A DNA stretch of 64,000 bases from an uncultured SAR86 cluster bacterium (GTDB taxonomy: Bacteria > Pseudomonadota > Gammaproteobacteria > Magnimaribacterales > AG-339-G14). The notes under the pieces are model-generated. The model was not told the DNA's origin. It saw nothing but the letters and a program-made list of their open reading frames with translations, and searched no databases. Below, piece after piece: positions 18,679 through 28,425 of this stretch (the first letter of the stretch is position 1; each line of letters opens with the position of its first letter). The stretch covers positions 1,306 through 65,305 of the forward strand of contig CACESE010000007.1 of assembly GCA_902562135.1 (NCBI GenBank), given 5' to 3'. Both the position numbers and the translations under genes were made by a program.

Positions 18679-19125
18679 ATGGAGTTTGGAAAATGCCTCT
18701 GCGGTGCAATTGAATACAGCTTCGATAGAAGTAAGGTCATTTCAGCTCACCATTGTCACTGCAAAGACTGTCAAAGAGCTACTGGATCAGGAAAAGCCAC
18801 GATAATAATTATGTCAAAAAAATATTTTGCGGTTAATCAAGACCCAAAATTTTTTGAAGTTCAAGGAGAACAAGGCAATCATGTCGTGAGAGGATTTTGT
18901 CCTAATTGTGGCTCAGGAATGTTCAGCTATTTAAAAGAACATCCAAATATGGTGTTTGTGAAAGCGGGGACTTTAAATGATTCCAGTTGGTTAAAAATAG
19001 ACTCAAATTTTTTTACAGATTCATCTTGCGACTGGAACAGACCAGTAGAGGGCGTTAAAAATCATAACGCAAATCCAGGACTGACATCGAACTTGATGAT
19101 GGCGATTAAGTCATTGATCAAATAA
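18679..19125 (+). CDS. GFA (glutathione-dependent formaldehyde-activating / CENP-V) family protein
   Basis: Zinc-site Cys pattern: CLCG...CHCKDCQRATGS...CPNCGS. Confidence 0.8.
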   Translation: MEFGKCLCGAIEYSFDRSKVISAHHCHCKDCQRATGSGKATIIIMSKKYFAVNQDPKFFEVQGEQGNHVVRGFCPNCGSGMFSYLKEHPNMVFVKAGTLNDSSWLKIDSNFFTDSSCDWNRPVEGVKNHNANPGLTSNLMMAIKSLIK

Positions 19126-19140
19126 ACCTTTAGATAGTAT

Positions 19141-20571
19141 TTATCTCATTCGGTTGAAGCGCTGAGTCCTGCGACTTCCATGTTTTATGAAAACCTCTTT
19201 TGCAAGTTTTTTAAATTCAGTATTTTTTCTCATCGACCATACAGATTCCCTTGCTTTTGCTGCTGTTTTCTTTGGGTCTACAATTTTTTCAAGGTAGATG
19301 TCTTTTAGTTCAGCGTTATGTATTAAGTCTAAATCAATTTTTTTTAAACTAGGAATAATGGATTTAATCCACTCGGCAGAAGGGTCTTGATCAAAGCTCT
19401 GTTTATAAACTGAATAAATCCTTGGAAGATTAATTCCAGTCACGCCGCTTTGCATCTGGACTTGACTTATGTGAATCCCAGGCTCAAAGTCTGTAAAAAG
19501 CTCTGCTAGAAGCGGAGAAGTCAATTGCCAAGGTTGCCATAGATTATAACTTGCAAAAGACATAATCATTGCGCGCATGCGAAAGTTTATCCAACCAGTT
19601 TTTCTTAGATAAATTAGACAAGCATCGAGAAAAGGAAAGCCGGTTTCACCGTTGATCCACTTCTCAATTAACTCTTTATCTTCAATCTCTCTAAGTTTAT
19701 CGCAGTGAGGGTGCATACTCTTGTATTCAAGTTCTGGCTCAGTCTCCAGCTTTTGTATGAAGTGACAATGCCAATGTAGTCGTTTTTTAAAAGAGTAAAG
19801 ATCGTTTTTGAAATTTGAAGTAATTAAGGCATCACTTAATGATTGATAAACTTTTCTCAAAGAAATCGAGCCAAATGCAATATGTGGAGAGAGTCTAGAA
19901 CAAGATGTTTCAGCCTCGTTAGGACAGGACATCTTTTTTCTATAACCATCGGCACGATACTCAAAAAAAGAGTTAAGAAGTTCTAGGGCTAACTTTTCTC
20001 CTCCGATCTGAATTTCATCTAATTCATGTTTTTCTATAATGTTCTTTTTTTCGAAATCTTTAAATTCTTGAAGAGGTATTTTTTTATTAAAATTCGAAAT
20101 TTCTGGTATTTCTAAGAGGGGCTTACTCATGATTTTGTTCCAATCTCTTGACCAAGTATCTCTATTAAATTCTTTTAACTGAAGGCCAAAATTATCATAA
20201 ATTTTAATTTCGTTATCATTGAAGCTTTTGATAAATTTTTTAATGTCTTCTCGATGGTAAATATTGTCTGTGCAATGATTTAGGTGAATATTGAAATTAG
20301 AAAATTCTCTTTTTATTACTACCCCAAGACTTTCGAATGAGCCTTCGTGAATAAAAACTTTAGAATTTATTCGTTTAAGATTTTTATCTAATTCTGAAAG
20401 ACAGTCGATAGCAAATTTTAATTGTCTGGGAGATCTTCCATATGACTTCCAATAATTTTTATCATAAACATATATAACGCAGTAATTTCTTTTTTTTGAT
20501 CCATAAAATAACGCAGGATTGTCAATAAGTCTTAGATCTCTTTGAAGAAGGATGATGTCCATAAGACACAA
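19141..20571 (-). CDS. cryptochrome/photolyase family protein
   Basis: N-terminal 'LQRDLRLIDNPAL' and C-terminal FAD-binding region 'TGFPFLDA...TGWINFRMRAM'. Subfamily not determined. Confidence 0.8.
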   Translation of the reverse strand: MCLMDIILLQRDLRLIDNPALFYGSKKRNYCVIYVYDKNYWKSYGRSPRQLKFAIDCLSELDKNLKRINSKVFIHEGSFESLGVVIKREFSNFNIHLNHCTDNIYHREDIKKFIKSFNDNEIKIYDNFGLQLKEFNRDTWSRDWNKIMSKPLLEIPEISNFNKKIPLQEFKDFEKKNIIEKHELDEIQIGGEKLALELLNSFFEYRADGYRKKMSCPNEAETSCSRLSPHIAFGSISLRKVYQSLSDALITSNFKNDLYSFKKRLHWHCHFIQKLETEPELEYKSMHPHCDKLREIEDKELIEKWINGETGFPFLDACLIYLRKTGWINFRMRAMIMSFASYNLWQPWQLTSPLLAELFTDFEPGIHISQVQMQSGVTGINLPRIYSVYKQSFDQDPSAEWIKSIIPSLKKIDLDLIHNAELKDIYLEKIVDPKKTAAKARESVWSMRKNTEFKKLAKEVFIKHGSRRTQRFNRMR

Positions 20572-20641
20572 GATATTACTCTAAAAGCTTTCTTAATCAT
20601 CTTATAAGAATATAAATAAGAATTTGATAGAATATTAAAAA

Positions 20642-21184
20642 ATGATTGATTATCTAAGAGCGCAGAAAATTATTCATTGGCTAATGGCTATTGTCATAAT
20701 GCTTGACTTGAATGTGGCACAAAAATTTGGAGGGGACATGGAACTTTGGGATCGATTAGAGTCCAGGGTAGATCATGCAACAGCAGGTATAATTGTTACT
20801 TTTCTCTTTGTTTTAAGGATTTTTTTAAGATTTCTTTATGGCGCACCAGCACTACCTGAGGCAATGCCAGGGTGGCAAGTTTTTATGGCAAAAGCGGGCC
20901 ATTATGGTTTGTATTTCTTAATGGGCCTTCTCATAGTCTCTGGAATCGCTTCTGCCAATTTCACCAGCTATCCTATTGTGGTATTTGGAGCACTGAATTT
21001 ATCTTCAGAAGTAGATAATTTAGGAATGTTTAATTTGGTGAGGGGTATTCACGAATTTGCGACAAACGCAATTATTGCACTTATAGTAATTCATATATTA
21101 GCTGCTCTTTATCATCACTTCATAGCCAAGGACGAAACAACTAAAAATATGGCGAAGTTTTGGACAAGAAAAACCGTTAAATGA
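20642..21184 (+). CDS. cytochrome b561 family protein (CybB-like)
   Basis: 180 aa with 4 TM segments and conserved His residues in helices 1, 2 and 4 (IIHWLMA ... VIHILAALYHHF). Confidence 0.8.
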   Translation: MIDYLRAQKIIHWLMAIVIMLDLNVAQKFGGDMELWDRLESRVDHATAGIIVTFLFVLRIFLRFLYGAPALPEAMPGWQVFMAKAGHYGLYFLMGLLIVSGIASANFTSYPIVVFGALNLSSEVDNLGMFNLVRGIHEFATNAIIALIVIHILAALYHHFIAKDETTKNMAKFWTRKTVK

Positions 21185-21190
21185 AAGATC

Positions 21191-22231
21191 ATGTTGTTCA
21201 GTGGTTACATAGAGGGATATTTTGGCAGGTTACTTTCGTGGGAAGAAAGAGATGCTATCCTCAGTCAAATAGAGTTCAAAAATTTAAATACTTACTTTTA
21301 TTGTCCTAAAGAAGATCCTTACCATAGGCTAGACTGGAAAACTCCTTATCCAGATAAAGAAAAAAAAAGCCTCAAAGAATTCATAACAAAATGTGAATCA
21401 AAAAAAATTAATTTCTTTTTTGGGATTTCACCAGGTATAAATTTTGAAGATTCTTTTGAAGAGCTTTTCAATAAAATTTTAGATGTTACTTCTATTGGCG
21501 CTTCAGAAATAGTTATTCTTTTTGATGATTTATTTGAAGAGCAAAATGGAAAAAAACATGCCGAGATAATAAATATATGTAAAGAAAAATTCCCAGAAGT
21601 TAATTTTTATTGTGTTCCTTCAGAATATTGTGAGCAACTTGCAAAACCAAATTTAATGGAGAGCTTATATTTGAATCAACTTTCAGAGCATCTAGATTCA
21701 GACGTCCCAATTTTTTGGACGGGTTCAAAAGTTGTTTCTAGTTCTTATACTTCAAAAGAAATAGATAATTGGAAAAATACTTTAAAACATAAATTAATTA
21801 TTTGGGACAATTTTTACGCCAACGATTATTGTGTTCCAAAAATTGTATTAGAGTCTTTTGATGTAGAAGAAAGATCTAATTTTGAAAACGCTTTAGGTAT
21901 TTTAATAAATGGAACGGGGCTACTAAACATAGATAAGTTCTGCTTGGGATCTCTTGCGAATAAGATTTATTCAAAAGACAAGTTGCTTAACGATCCTATT
22001 AAAAACTTAGGATTGCCTAAAGAGTTTGCTAAGATTTCTGGCCTTTTTAAGCTTGAAGCTTCTTATACCGGTTCCAAAGAAGAAATTGAAGCAATAGAAT
22101 TTTTATTGTGGAAATGGACCGGCCCAATAAAACAAGAGATTTATCCATATATACATTTATTAAGAAAATTCCTAACAAATGAAGGTTCTGCAGATTTGCT
22201 TAAATCAAGATTTAATATAAAAAAAATTTAG
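21191..22231 (+). CDS. GH84 (O-GlcNAcase / beta-N-acetylglucosaminidase) catalytic-domain protein, cytoplasmic
   Basis: 'GYIEGYFGRLLSWEER', 'YFYCPKEDPYHR' and the catalytic pair in 'ILFDDLFEE' match GH84 hallmarks. No signal peptide. Confidence 0.7.
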   Translation: MLFSGYIEGYFGRLLSWEERDAILSQIEFKNLNTYFYCPKEDPYHRLDWKTPYPDKEKKSLKEFITKCESKKINFFFGISPGINFEDSFEELFNKILDVTSIGASEIVILFDDLFEEQNGKKHAEIINICKEKFPEVNFYCVPSEYCEQLAKPNLMESLYLNQLSEHLDSDVPIFWTGSKVVSSSYTSKEIDNWKNTLKHKLIIWDNFYANDYCVPKIVLESFDVEERSNFENALGILINGTGLLNIDKFCLGSLANKIYSKDKLLNDPIKNLGLPKEFAKISGLFKLEASYTGSKEEIEAIEFLLWKWTGPIKQEIYPYIHLLRKFLTNEGSADLLKSRFNIKKI

Positions 22232-22692
22232 ATGTTAGATTTTGAAGATTGATCTAATAAGTAACTTTGAAGCTTCTCAAGTTCTTCGCAAGAGTTTGGG
22301 CACAAGTTTTGAAGTTTTTTTATATTAGCGTTTGCTAAATCAATTCGGTTCGTTTCAATAAATAGTTCACCCTGATACTCTAAAGCAGCTTTATTGTCAG
22401 GTTCTAAATTTAAAGCCTTTAAATAATATTCTTCTGATTCTGCAAATTTATCTAATTTTCTGTAGGTGAAAGCTAATAAAGTCCAGCCATCTGGATCTTC
22501 AGGTTCTGATTTTGTGTAATTCTTTAGAATTTTTTGAGCTTTAGAATATTGACCCTTATCAATCATCTTATAAGCTTTTGAATACATTTTTGTTGGATTG
22601 CTTTTGTCGTATTTAACTGAATAAGCAGGGTAGGCCACGAACAAAGTTAGTAGCGCTGCAAAGATTAAACTTACCTTCCAATTATGTTTCAC
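22228..22692 (-). CDS. secreted TPR-repeat protein
   Basis: Signal peptide plus TPR-like helices (AQKILKNYTKSEPEDPDGW..., AESEEYYLKALNLEPDN). Confidence 0.7.
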   Translation of the reverse strand: MKHNWKVSLIFAALLTLFVAYPAYSVKYDKSNPTKMYSKAYKMIDKGQYSKAQKILKNYTKSEPEDPDGWTLLAFTYRKLDKFAESEEYYLKALNLEPDNKAALEYQGELFIETNRIDLANANIKKLQNLCPNSCEELEKLQSYLLDQSSKSNI

Positions 22693-22834
22693 GCTTGGAT
22701 AGTAATCTTTTTTAAGAGATTATTGATGAATAAATTTATTGCATTTGCTTATAAGTGTTAACTGTTTAGTAAGCAAGATTGCTTATTGAAGCTTATTTTC
22801 TTCCTAGATCGTTGTTAAAATTTAACAAAAATAA

Positions 22835-24148
22835 ATGATAGATAGAAAAATAAATTTACCCGGATATTTTAAATCTCCTTGGCCAGTTGAATGTGGTGGT
22901 AATCGAAGACAAAAGTCAGTTAATGGGTCTTTGAAGGCAAAAGATTCTCAACCAAAAGTTCAATCAATCTCGTCTGATCGATGGAATGTCATGGTTATCA
23001 GAAGAGACAAGGATGAATTTTACTTAGGCGGCACAATGCCTTATTTTTTTGGTCCCGAGCCTTTTGGTTGGATACAAAAATTTGATTCTAGAACTCTTGA
23101 AGTGCTAGCTGAGAGCCCTAAATTACCTTGTGGGGGTCATGTATGGTGCGGTGCAATTGCTGCGCATGAAAATGGGAACATAATAAAAGTTAACGGCAAT
23201 TATATGCATTCCTTAAACTCAAATTGTGAGCTTTTGAGAGAAAAAAAACTTCCTATTAATAGAGCGCATAATGGTCTTTTAATACTTTCTGACGGAACAA
23301 TCATCACAAAGGACTGTCGACTTGAAGGCCAAGGAAATTCTTTTATTACTAGATTAGATCCAGATACATTAGAGCTAATTCATGAACCTTTTGCTTTGCC
23401 TGAAGGATCTATGGGAAGAATTGCTTCTGAGTTCAATGATCAAGGAGAATTTATTTATGTTCCTGGAATTGAAAGAATATTAAGGATTAAAGTAAATTCA
23501 AACTCCCTTGAACTTGACGATTCTTGGATGCCCAAATATCGCGATTCAAATGGACTTCATGGGTTGGCTTGGGATGGTTGTATTTCTGATGGAAGTATAT
23601 GGTTAATGGACAATGGAGATATTCAATCGGTGAGAGATATTTATGGAACTGAGCCCAACGGTCGATTTAATGAATTTAAATCTTTGAGTTGGAGATCCCC
23701 TGCGCCGTGGAAGGGTAAACAAAGATTAATTAAAATTGACACAAGATCGGGAAGATTTGACTCTTTGAAGCCTTTTGAAGATCTTGGGGGAGGAATTATA
23801 GCTCCGCCTGTGAATATTCCGGAGGCAAATATTTGCGTTGCTTGGGATAGTATTAATGGAGGTATTGTTGGGGTTGATACCTCAAAAGAAATGCTCCAAG
23901 TTTCTTGGTTAAAAAAATATAGACCAACTATGCAACCTGTGGTCTTTCCAGAAAGTAATGAATTAGTTATAAATAATTATGAGAATGGAAGTGATCAAAT
24001 AATTGTTCTTGATGTAAGAAATGGTGAACTGCTTAGTAAAGCGGATGTAAATTCTAAATTGGCAAACGGTATGTTTTTGACTCCTGGGAATAATAGGGAT
24101 ATCTTTTATTGCTCTACCGGAGCGTTTTCGAGAATAAGTTGGTCATAA
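22835..24148 (+). CDS. hypothetical protein, no family recognised (possibly beta-propeller)
   Basis: 437-aa ORF with coding-like composition and no motif I can name. Confidence 0.5.
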   Translation: MIDRKINLPGYFKSPWPVECGGNRRQKSVNGSLKAKDSQPKVQSISSDRWNVMVIRRDKDEFYLGGTMPYFFGPEPFGWIQKFDSRTLEVLAESPKLPCGGHVWCGAIAAHENGNIIKVNGNYMHSLNSNCELLREKKLPINRAHNGLLILSDGTIITKDCRLEGQGNSFITRLDPDTLELIHEPFALPEGSMGRIASEFNDQGEFIYVPGIERILRIKVNSNSLELDDSWMPKYRDSNGLHGLAWDGCISDGSIWLMDNGDIQSVRDIYGTEPNGRFNEFKSLSWRSPAPWKGKQRLIKIDTRSGRFDSLKPFEDLGGGIIAPPVNIPEANICVAWDSINGGIVGVDTSKEMLQVSWLKKYRPTMQPVVFPESNELVINNYENGSDQIIVLDVRNGELLSKADVNSKLANGMFLTPGNNRDIFYCSTGAFSRISWS

Positions 24149-25116
24149 AAATACTAAAAAATAATGCTGTAACTATTGCGATCTCTTCAATAGTTATTTT
24201 CTTTGCAGCATATTTTCTATTTGCATACTCAGGAGTTATGTTATCAGTTGAAGCTGGATACCAAATAGGAGAAATATCGAGATGGTGTGAAAGAATAAGC
24301 GATGGATATTTTAGGGAGCCTGCAAACGCATTAAGTAATATTGGATTTATTTTAACTGGAATATTTATGGTTTATATCTTGTCCAGAGAAGAAGTTACAG
24401 GTCAGAATTTTTTTATAGGTTTTACTTCCATTTCGGTTCTTTATGCTTCCGCTTCAATTTTTCTCGGTCCAGGTTCGTTAATGATGCATGGAACTCACAC
24501 CGAATGGGGTCAATGGATAGATAACGTGAGCATGGTGGCTTACATAATAATTCCTTGGTTATTGAATTTTAAAGTTTTGAATGACTGGTCAGAAAATCAA
24601 TTTTTATTCGCTTATTTTGTAATATTAATTTTATTCTCTGTTTTAAGTTGGTTTTTCGGATCAGATTTAGGAATTGATTTTAGTCTATTTGGATTGTCTA
24701 TCGGTTTATGGGTTATTTCAGAGTTTTTATACAATTTTTATTCTTCCTATATGAGATTAATCTCAGGTTTTGTTGGCTTTGCAGTTTTATGGTTGTTTGG
24801 CACTTCGCCTTATGAAGTTTTCACTAATCTCCAAGACTTTTGGTGGACTTTATTTTTTTGGTTGCCTGGATTGATTGGAACTAATAAACCTGAAAGCAAG
24901 AGAAAGTACAATCCGTGGTTTTTCGCTGGTTGTTTTTTTTACATACTTGCATTCACAATTTGGTTGCAAGGAAATTTGATCGTTAATCCAGATACTGAAT
25001 GGTGTTATCCAGATTCGATTATTCAACCTCACGCGTTATGGCATATAATTTGTGCGTTGGCTACGCTTTCTTTCTTCTTTTTTTATAGAACCGAGAGAAA
25101 ATTACAATCTAGCTGA
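24109..25116 (+). CDS. alkaline ceramidase (ACER/YPC1, CREST superfamily) family 7-TM hydrolase
   Basis: 'WCERISDGYFREPANALSNIGF', 'HGTHTEWGQWIDNVSM' and C-terminal 'HALWHIICA' line up with the conserved ACER/YPC1 motifs. The start is uncertain: TTG 24109 or TTG 24139. Confidence 0.7.
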   Translation: MLYRSVFENKLVIKILKNNAVTIAISSIVIFFAAYFLFAYSGVMLSVEAGYQIGEISRWCERISDGYFREPANALSNIGFILTGIFMVYILSREEVTGQNFFIGFTSISVLYASASIFLGPGSLMMHGTHTEWGQWIDNVSMVAYIIIPWLLNFKVLNDWSENQFLFAYFVILILFSVLSWFFGSDLGIDFSLFGLSIGLWVISEFLYNFYSSYMRLISGFVGFAVLWLFGTSPYEVFTNLQDFWWTLFFWLPGLIGTNKPESKRKYNPWFFAGCFFYILAFTIWLQGNLIVNPDTEWCYPDSIIQPHALWHIICALATLSFFFFYRTERKLQSS

Positions 25117-25122
25117 GTAGAC

Positions 25123-25896
25123 ATGAAGAAATTATTTGTTTTATTATTTTTGACTTTAAACTCTTTTTACATTCACTCAGATCTTCTATTAGATGCAATA
25201 TCCAATGATATTAGATCCCCTCAAAATCAAGAAAGAGACGAATTCCGTCATCCATATGAAACTTTGACTTTTTTTGGAATAGAGCCTTCGATGAAAGTTG
25301 TGGAGTTATCTCCGGGCGGAGGCTGGTACACAGAAATTTTAGCGACATATTTAAAAAAAGATGGACAGCTCATAGCTGCACATTTTGATAAAGATTCTAA
25401 AAATGATTATTTAAAAAAAATAAGAATAAATTTTGAAAAAAAAATGGGTTCGAATTCAAACTTTAACAATGTAAAAATTGTTGACCTATCTTCAAAATAT
25501 TCAAAATCAGGATCAGTTGATGCAGTTTTAACTTTTAGAAATCTTCATAATTGGATTGATCGAAGCTGGGACGATATCTTTATAGCCTCTCACAAGGTTT
25601 TAAAAAAAGGTGGAGTTTTAGGAGTAGTTGAGCATAGAGCTCTAGACGGTACTTCTGTCGAGGAAATGAAAAAAACAGGTTATGTAACCGAAGATTACGC
25701 AATTAGAAATATTGAAAAGTTTGGATTCAAACTAGTTTCCAAATCAGAAATAAACTCTAATCCTAAAGACACTAAAGATTACCCAAAGGGTGTTTGGACT
25801 TTGCCTCCTGTGTTGAGGCTCAAAGATAAAGATCAGGAGAAGTATGTTCAAATTGGAGAAAGCGATAGATTTACTTTTTTATTTAGAAAAATTTGA
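25123..25896 (+). CDS. secreted class I SAM-dependent methyltransferase (COG4798-like)
   Basis: Signal peptide, 'RDEFRHPYETLTFFGI' and 'VVELSPGGGWYTEIL' (SAM motif I). Confidence 0.7.
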   Translation: MKKLFVLLFLTLNSFYIHSDLLLDAISNDIRSPQNQERDEFRHPYETLTFFGIEPSMKVVELSPGGGWYTEILATYLKKDGQLIAAHFDKDSKNDYLKKIRINFEKKMGSNSNFNNVKIVDLSSKYSKSGSVDAVLTFRNLHNWIDRSWDDIFIASHKVLKKGGVLGVVEHRALDGTSVEEMKKTGYVTEDYAIRNIEKFGFKLVSKSEINSNPKDTKDYPKGVWTLPPVLRLKDKDQEKYVQIGESDRFTFLFRKI

Positions 25897-25904
25897 GGAA
25901 TGAT

Positions 25905-26951
25905 ATGACGAATCAAGACAAAACAGTTTTAGTTACGGGCGGCTCAGGATTTATAGCCACACATTGCATCTTAAAGTTGGCAGCAGCGGGATATAAAATA
26001 AAATCAACTGTAAGAAATCTTGAGAGAGCTTCAGAATTGAATAAAATTCTGGACAGAGCTGGATCAACCTACGAGAGATTAAACAAGATTGAAGTCGATT
26101 GGTTTAGGGCTGATTTAACTCAAGATGAGGGTTGGACTGAGGCAGTAAAAGGTTGCGACTATGTTATGCACGTTGCTTCACCTGTAGCATTAGAAGAACC
26201 AAAAGATGAAAATGATCTAATTATTCCTGCAAAAGAAGGGACTATGAGAGTGCTGAAAGCTGCAGCTGAAGAAGGCGTCAAAAAAGTTGTTTTGACGTCA
26301 TCTGTCGCAGCAATCATATATGGTCACGAAAAAGATAGTTTTAATGAAGATGACTGGACTGACACAGATTCAGAAGGATGTTCCGCTTACAACAAATCAA
26401 AAACTTTTGCCGAGAAAGCAGCATGGGATTTTATCAATAGTGACGAATGTACCATGGAACTTTCTGTAATAAATCCTTCGTTAGTTCTTGGCCCAGTTCT
26501 TGAAACAGACCCTGGTACTAGTGTTGAAGTTGTAAAAAGATTTTTAGATGGAGGTTTCCCTTTAGCGCCCAATATTAGTTTTGGAATTGTTGATGTAAGA
26601 GATGTAGCAGAACTACATCTACTAGCGTTAGAGTCATCTCAAGCTTCTGGCAATAGATTTATTGCTAGCTCAGAAACTATGGCAATTCCTTATATAAGTA
26701 AAACTCTTAGAGAAAAAATACCTGAGTATGAAAAACGATTTCCTAAACGTACAGCACCAGACCTTCTTATTAAATTGATTGGTTTATTTAGCCCTTTAAT
26801 GAAGACTGTAGCTAACCAGCTTGGAAAAACAAAGGAATTAGATAATTCAAAAGCAAAGAATATTTTAGGATGGCAGCCTAGATCTGGAGAAGAATCTGTT
26901 ATAGCCTCAGCCGAAAGCCTGATTGAGTTTGACTTAGTTAAACCTTTATAA
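25905..26951 (+). CDS. NAD-dependent epimerase/dehydratase family reductase (aldehyde reductase / DFR-like)
   Basis: 'VLVTGGSGFIATH' and 'YNKSK' (YxxxK). ATG 25905 follows GAGGAA and is preferred over the track's TTG 25893. Confidence 0.85.
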   Translation: MTNQDKTVLVTGGSGFIATHCILKLAAAGYKIKSTVRNLERASELNKILDRAGSTYERLNKIEVDWFRADLTQDEGWTEAVKGCDYVMHVASPVALEEPKDENDLIIPAKEGTMRVLKAAAEEGVKKVVLTSSVAAIIYGHEKDSFNEDDWTDTDSEGCSAYNKSKTFAEKAAWDFINSDECTMELSVINPSLVLGPVLETDPGTSVEVVKRFLDGGFPLAPNISFGIVDVRDVAELHLLALESSQASGNRFIASSETMAIPYISKTLREKIPEYEKRFPKRTAPDLLIKLIGLFSPLMKTVANQLGKTKELDNSKAKNILGWQPRSGEESVIASAESLIEFDLVKPL

Positions 26952-26981
26952 ATTTTATTTTATTTAAAACTATTCTTTCTT

Positions 26982-27590
26982 GTGTTTAATAAATCTGGAA
27001 TAAAAGAATTCAGAGATTCTATTCCAGAACATTTTAGAGCAAGAAGATCAAATTTTTTTATATTTTTAGGCACTCTAATTTTCGGAGTTTATGGGTGGAA
27101 AATAGAAGGATCTTTACTTACTAATAAAAGAGTTATCATTCTTGCTGCGCCTCATACTTCTTATGAAGACTTTGTAAGAGCTTTTCCATTAGTTTTGGCG
27201 TTAGACATCAAGGTAAATTTTTTAGCTAAAGATTCTATTTTTATTTTTGGAATAAAACATTTTTTTACTTGGCTGGGAGGAATTCCAGTCAACAGAGATA
27301 TGCCTAAACAAGCTAAAAAATATGTATCTGATTTAGGTCATACAAGAGAAGCAATTTTATTAGGAATTACACCAGAAGGGACTAGAAAAAAAGTAAAAAA
27401 ATGGAAAACAGGTTTTTTAAGAATAGCTGAAGAGATAAATGCTGAAATTCAATTGACTGGGATAGATTTTGGAAAAAAAAGATTTGTTTTTGGTGAATTA
27501 TTTAAACCAACAGGAGATAATGAAAGAGATATAGAAAATTTAAAAATACATTTTCAAAAATATACAGGAAAGCATCCTGAAAGATTTTAA
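26982..27590 (+). CDS. PlsC-type (lysophospholipid) acyltransferase
   Basis: HxxxxD motif 'APHTSYEDF' and a later 'PEGTR' block. GTG start. Confidence 0.75.
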   Translation: MFNKSGIKEFRDSIPEHFRARRSNFFIFLGTLIFGVYGWKIEGSLLTNKRVIILAAPHTSYEDFVRAFPLVLALDIKVNFLAKDSIFIFGIKHFFTWLGGIPVNRDMPKQAKKYVSDLGHTREAILLGITPEGTRKKVKKWKTGFLRIAEEINAEIQLTGIDFGKKRFVFGELFKPTGDNERDIENLKIHFQKYTGKHPERF

Positions 27591-27608
27591 ATAAAAGAGG
27601 TTGAATTA

Positions 27609-28025
27609 ATGGAAGAATATCATGTTAGTTTTATTGGAATTTGGGCAATTTTAGTTTTAATAGTTATTGAAGCAATTATTGCTATAGGGGCATCAAGAAC
27701 TCAAAAAAAACTTATTCCAGGAGTAATAAATCCTGAATTAGGTCCTGAATCGTTTGTATTTAGAAGCGACAGAGCATTTAAAAATTCACTGGAAAATATT
27801 GTTCCTTTTTTAGGCGCAGCTTTAATGAGCATTTTATTAAGTTTAGATCCTACTAGACTCGCTAGACTGATAATAGTTTATGTGATTTCAAGGTATATTT
27901 TTACAGGTGTTTATTATTCTGTGGCAACGCGAAAAAACCCAAGTTTAAGAAGCTTGTTTTATATGATTGGATTTATTGTCACAATAATAATGCTTGTAGA
28001 CATTGGGCGACACTTATTAAGTTAG
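27609..28025 (+). CDS. MAPEG family membrane protein
   Basis: 138 aa with 4 TM segments. 'NSLENIVPFL' is a MAPEG-like motif. Second MAPEG gene in the window. Confidence 0.65.
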   Translation: MEEYHVSFIGIWAILVLIVIEAIIAIGASRTQKKLIPGVINPELGPESFVFRSDRAFKNSLENIVPFLGAALMSILLSLDPTRLARLIIVYVISRYIFTGVYYSVATRKNPSLRSLFYMIGFIVTIIMLVDIGRHLLS

Positions 28026-28038
28026 ATAGGAGGAAAAT

Positions 28039-28425
28039 ATGACATTTGAAAGCGATGAGAAAAGATTAAAAGAAGGAATGAAAATACTAGAGAAGTTAAA
28101 TTTCTTACATAAAGCAGAGGGTAGTTTTTCCGAGGACTTTAGATCGCATACAATTGAAACTTTGTTTGGATCAGTTTGGACTAGATCAGGGCTAGAAATA
28201 CAAGAGAGAAGCATAATCACTTTAGCCGGCTTAATTGCTTTAAATAGAGAAAATGAGCTACGTTTGCATTTTAGAGGCGCTAGAAATTTAGGTATTAGTA
28301 AAGAAAAGATTCAAGAAATTATTTTTCATTTAGCCCATTATGCTGGATGGCCAAACGCTGTAACTTCTGGCAGAGTGCTTGAAGAAGTTTGGGAAGAAAT
28401 GGACGCAGAGGAAGCGGCAGAATAG
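28039..28425 (+). CDS. carboxymuconolactone decarboxylase (CMD/AhpD-like) family protein
   Basis: 'FGSVWTRSGLEIQERSIITLAGLIAL ... HLAHYAGWPNA' is the CMD core. Confidence 0.85.
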   Translation: MTFESDEKRLKEGMKILEKLNFLHKAEGSFSEDFRSHTIETLFGSVWTRSGLEIQERSIITLAGLIALNRENELRLHFRGARNLGISKEKIQEIIFHLAHYAGWPNAVTSGRVLEEVWEEMDAEEAAE

